Shown here piece by piece: positions 43,093 through 45,139 of a stretch of 45,139 nt of DNA. The translations under genes and the position numbers were made by a program. The notes beneath the pieces are model-generated. The model worked only from the letters and a program-made list of their open reading frames with translations. It searched no databases and was not told the DNA's origin. Source of the stretch: an uncultured bacterium (lineage in GTDB: Bacteria > Desulfobacterota > B13-G15); assembly GCA_965552155.1 (NCBI GenBank), contig CBEVRB010000001.1, forward strand, positions 1 to 45,139, given 5' to 3'. Each line of letters begins with the position of its first letter. The stretch's first letter is position 1.

Positions 43093-43676
43093 AGGAGAAT
43101 CACCTGCGCCTTTTCGTCGCCGTCCCCCTCCCTCCCCTCCTGAAGGAGGAGATAGGGAAGGTGCTGGATCGCCTGCGGCAAGGGGCAGGGGGGGTGAGAT
43201 GGGTACGGGCTGAGAACGTCCACATCACCTTGAAGTTCCTCGGGAACGTCCCCGGGGAGAAGGTGAGAGAGGTGGCTCAAGCGATGAGGAGGGCAGCAGA
43301 GGGACATGCCCCCTTCGAGATAGAGATCAGGGGGGCGGGCGGGTTCCCCACGGATCGCTCTCCGAGGGTCCTCTGGATCGGAATAGGGGATGAGAGGGGG
43401 GGGTTGTTTGAGCTTTACCGAGATCTCCAGAAGGAGCTCTCCCCCTTGGGATTTCCTCCGGAGGAAAGGGAGTTTCGTCCCCATCTCACCCTCGGGAGGG
43501 TGAAGGCCGATAAGGATAAGAGGAGGGTCTCCCTGCTCCTTGAGGAGATCAAGGGGAGGGAGTTCGGGAGGATGGAGGTGAAGGAGCTCATCCTCTACGA
43601 GAGCCGCCTTAAACCTTCAGGCGCCGAATATCATGACCTCGAGAGGGCGGCCCTTGGAGGATCGAACCCCCATTGA
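43089..43676 (+). CDS. thpR: RNA 2',3'-cyclic phosphodiesterase (2H family, ThpR/LigT)
   Basis: Two HxT motifs (HITLKF, HLTLGR) and the LRLFVAV N-terminus. A TTG start at 43089 is inferred. The track start at 42621 overlaps pssA out of frame. Confidence 0.8.
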   Translation: MKENHLRLFVAVPLPPLLKEEIGKVLDRLRQGAGGVRWVRAENVHITLKFLGNVPGEKVREVAQAMRRAAEGHAPFEIEIRGAGGFPTDRSPRVLWIGIGDERGGLFELYRDLQKELSPLGFPPEEREFRPHLTLGRVKADKDKRRVSLLLEEIKGREFGRMEVKELILYESRLKPSGAEYHDLERAALGGSNPH

Positions 43677-43694
43677 GGGGGAGGGAGGTTTGAG

Positions 43695-44699
43695 ATGGAG
43701 GTCGAAAGGGAGAAGGCCTTGAATTTGGCGGTAAGCCAGATAGAGAGGCAGTTCGGCAAAGGGGCGATCATGCGCCTCGGGGCCGGGGTCTCTCCGGCGG
43801 AGATCCAGACCATCTCCACCGGTTCCATCGGCCTCGACCTGGCCTTAGGAGTCGGTGGGCTGCCCCGGGGAAGGGTGGTGGAGATCTTCGGGCCGGAGGC
43901 CTCGGGGAAGACCACCCTGGCCCTTCACGTGGTGGCCGAGGCCCAGAAGGCAGGGGGGGTGGCCGCTTACATAGATGCGGAACACGCCCTGGACCTGAAC
44001 TATGCCCGTTCCTTGGGGGTGAACGTGGACGATCTGCTGCTGTCTCAGCCTGACACCGGAGAGCAGGCCCTGGAGATCGCCGAGATCCTGGTCAGAAGCG
44101 GGGCGGTGGACGTGATCGTGATCGACTCGGTGGCGGCCCTCGTGCCGAGGGCGGAGATCGAGGGGGAGATGGGGGAACCCCATGTGGGCCTTCAGGCCAG
44201 GCTCATGTCCCAGGCCCTCCGAAAGCTCACCGCCACCATAAGCAAGTCCCAGGCGATCGTCATCTTCATCAACCAGATCAGGATGAAGATAGGGGTGATG
44301 TTCGGGAACCCGGAGACCACCCCCGGGGGAAATGCACTGAAGTTCTACTCCTCGGTGAGGATCGACATCCGGAAGATCGCCTCGATCAAGCGGGGACAGG
44401 AAGCGATCGGGAGCCGTACCAAGGTGAGGGTGGTGAAGAACAAGGTGGCCCCTCCCTTCAAGGAGGCGGAGTTCGACCTGATATACGGGGAAGGGATATC
44501 GAGGGAGGGGGAAATCCTCGACCTGGGCACGGACCTGAACATCGTCGAGAAGATAGGCACCTGGTATTCCTTTGGAGACCTGAGGCTGGGGCAGGGAAGG
44601 GAGAACGCCAAGGCCTTCCTAAGGGACAACCCCGAGGTGATGAGGGAGATAGAGGAGAAGATATTGAGCCATTATGGTCTCCTGAAGAAGGAGGGATAA
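43695..44699 (+). CDS. recA: Recombinase RecA
   Basis: [23 protein letters not shown], Walker [10 protein letters not shown] and [18 protein letters not shown]. Unmistakable RecA. Confidence 0.97.
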   Translation: MEVEREKALNLAVSQIERQFGKGAIMRLGAGVSPAEIQTISTGSIGLDLALGVGGLPRGRVVEIFGPEASGKTTLALHVVAEAQKAGGVAAYIDAEHALDLNYARSLGVNVDDLLLSQPDTGEQALEIAEILVRSGAVDVIVIDSVAALVPRAEIEGEMGEPHVGLQARLMSQALRKLTATISKSQAIVIFINQIRMKIGVMFGNPETTPGGNALKFYSSVRIDIRKIASIKRGQEAIGSRTKVRVVKNKVAPPFKEAEFDLIYGEGISREGEILDLGTDLNIVEKIGTWYSFGDLRLGQGRENAKAFLRDNPEVMREIEEKILSHYGLLKKEG

Positions 44700-44702
44700 G
44701 CC

Positions 44703-45139
44703 ATGGAAGTGGAGCTCAACGAACTCCTGCTGGACGCCATAAACAGGAGGGCATCAGACGTTCACCTGAAGGTGGGACAGCCCCCGATCTTCCGGATAGA
44801 CGGGGAGCTGGTCTCCCTGGATCAGTACCCTCCCCTTAAGGCAAGTGAGGTGGCCAAGATAGCCTACCAGATTATGAGCGAGAGGCAAAGGGAGCACTTC
44901 CTGAAACACCGGGAGATAGATATGGGTTACGGAGTGATGGGGCTGGGGAGGTTCCGGGTGAACATCTTCCAGCAGAGGGGGACCATAGCCATCGCCTTCC
45001 GGATCGTGCCCTTTGAGATAAAGGGGTTCGAGGAGCTGAACCTGCCCGTGGAGCCTCTGGAACGCCTCTCCATGGAGCAGCGAGGGCTGATCCTGGTAAC
45101 CGGGACCACCGGCTCAGGCAAAAGCACCACCCTGGCAGC
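44703..45139 (+). CDS. pilT: Type IV pilus retraction ATPase PilT (5' part, truncated by the window end)
   Basis: LLLDAINRRASDVHLKVGQPP.FRIDGEL...RFRVNIFQQRG...LILVTGTTGSGKSTTLA. The frame stays open to the end of the window. Absent from the ORF track because no stop is reached. Confidence 0.85.
   Translation, partial: MEVELNELLLDAINRRASDVHLKVGQPPIFRIDGELVSLDQYPPLKASEVAKIAYQIMSERQREHFLKHREIDMGYGVMGLGRFRVNIFQQRGTIAIAFRIVPFEIKGFEELNLPVEPLERLSMEQRGLILVTGTTGSGKSTTLA

Noticed and set aside
1-45139. Search by eye for CRISPR repeats, IS or transposase ends, integrases, phage genes, toxin-antitoxin pairs, restriction or other defence genes, tRNA or rRNA genes, and large direct repeats.
   Set aside because: I recognised none. 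Non-coding gaps are all 126 nt or shorter, and those I examined resolve into promoters, hairpins or terminators. Gene content and tight co-directional packing look like conserved core chromosome rather than an accessory island. Short dispersed repeats cannot be excluded without a computational self-comparison.

Overview
By eye this is a GC-rich, very densely packed stretch of bacterial core chromosome. I count about 52 protein genes, many joined by ATGA or TAATG start/stop overlaps. Proteins are rich in Glu, Lys, Arg, Leu and Gly, which suggests a thermophile. The gene content (two 2-oxoacid:ferredoxin oxidoreductases, a LutAB-like Fe-S module, menaquinone methylation, type IV pilus parts, RpoH) suggests an anaerobe. 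I did not recognise any rRNA, tRNA, CRISPR array, transposase, integrase or classical defence genes.

Gene order on the + strand:
- ftsE-ftsX-envC-ctpA-yibQ
- a LarA-like / J-domain / ferredoxin / LutA-like / LutB-like block
- menG, an M50 protease, trpS, scpA, a secreted hypothetical protein, sppA
- trmI (- strand)
- an envelope glycan trio (GT4 phosphotransferase, flavoprotein, GT-B glycosyltransferase), then pilD and trkH-trkA
- hsp20 (- strand) divergent from rpoH, then a dGTPase-like gene
- korDABG, then prfB, which carries the classical +1 frameshift that the ORF track misses
- an orphan two-gene unit: a 184-aa unknown plus an FmdB-type zinc ribbon

A - strand block follows: an unknown 243-aa ORF, an enlarged iorA and iorB; then livKHMGF plus a tautomerase that lacks Pro1.

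The + strand then resumes with a zinc-ribbon ORF, DUF465, ilvBNC, psd, pssA, thpR, recA and a truncated pilT.

Two loci are the best candidates for undescribed biology:
1. The 1124-aa IorA. It carries an internal GltD/NfnB-like FAD/NAD(P)H module and extra ferredoxin clusters, and it is translationally coupled to an unknown ORF.
2. The tightly coupled LarA-like / J-domain / extended ferredoxin / LutA / LutB block.

All functional calls come from motif recognition by eye. No searches were run.
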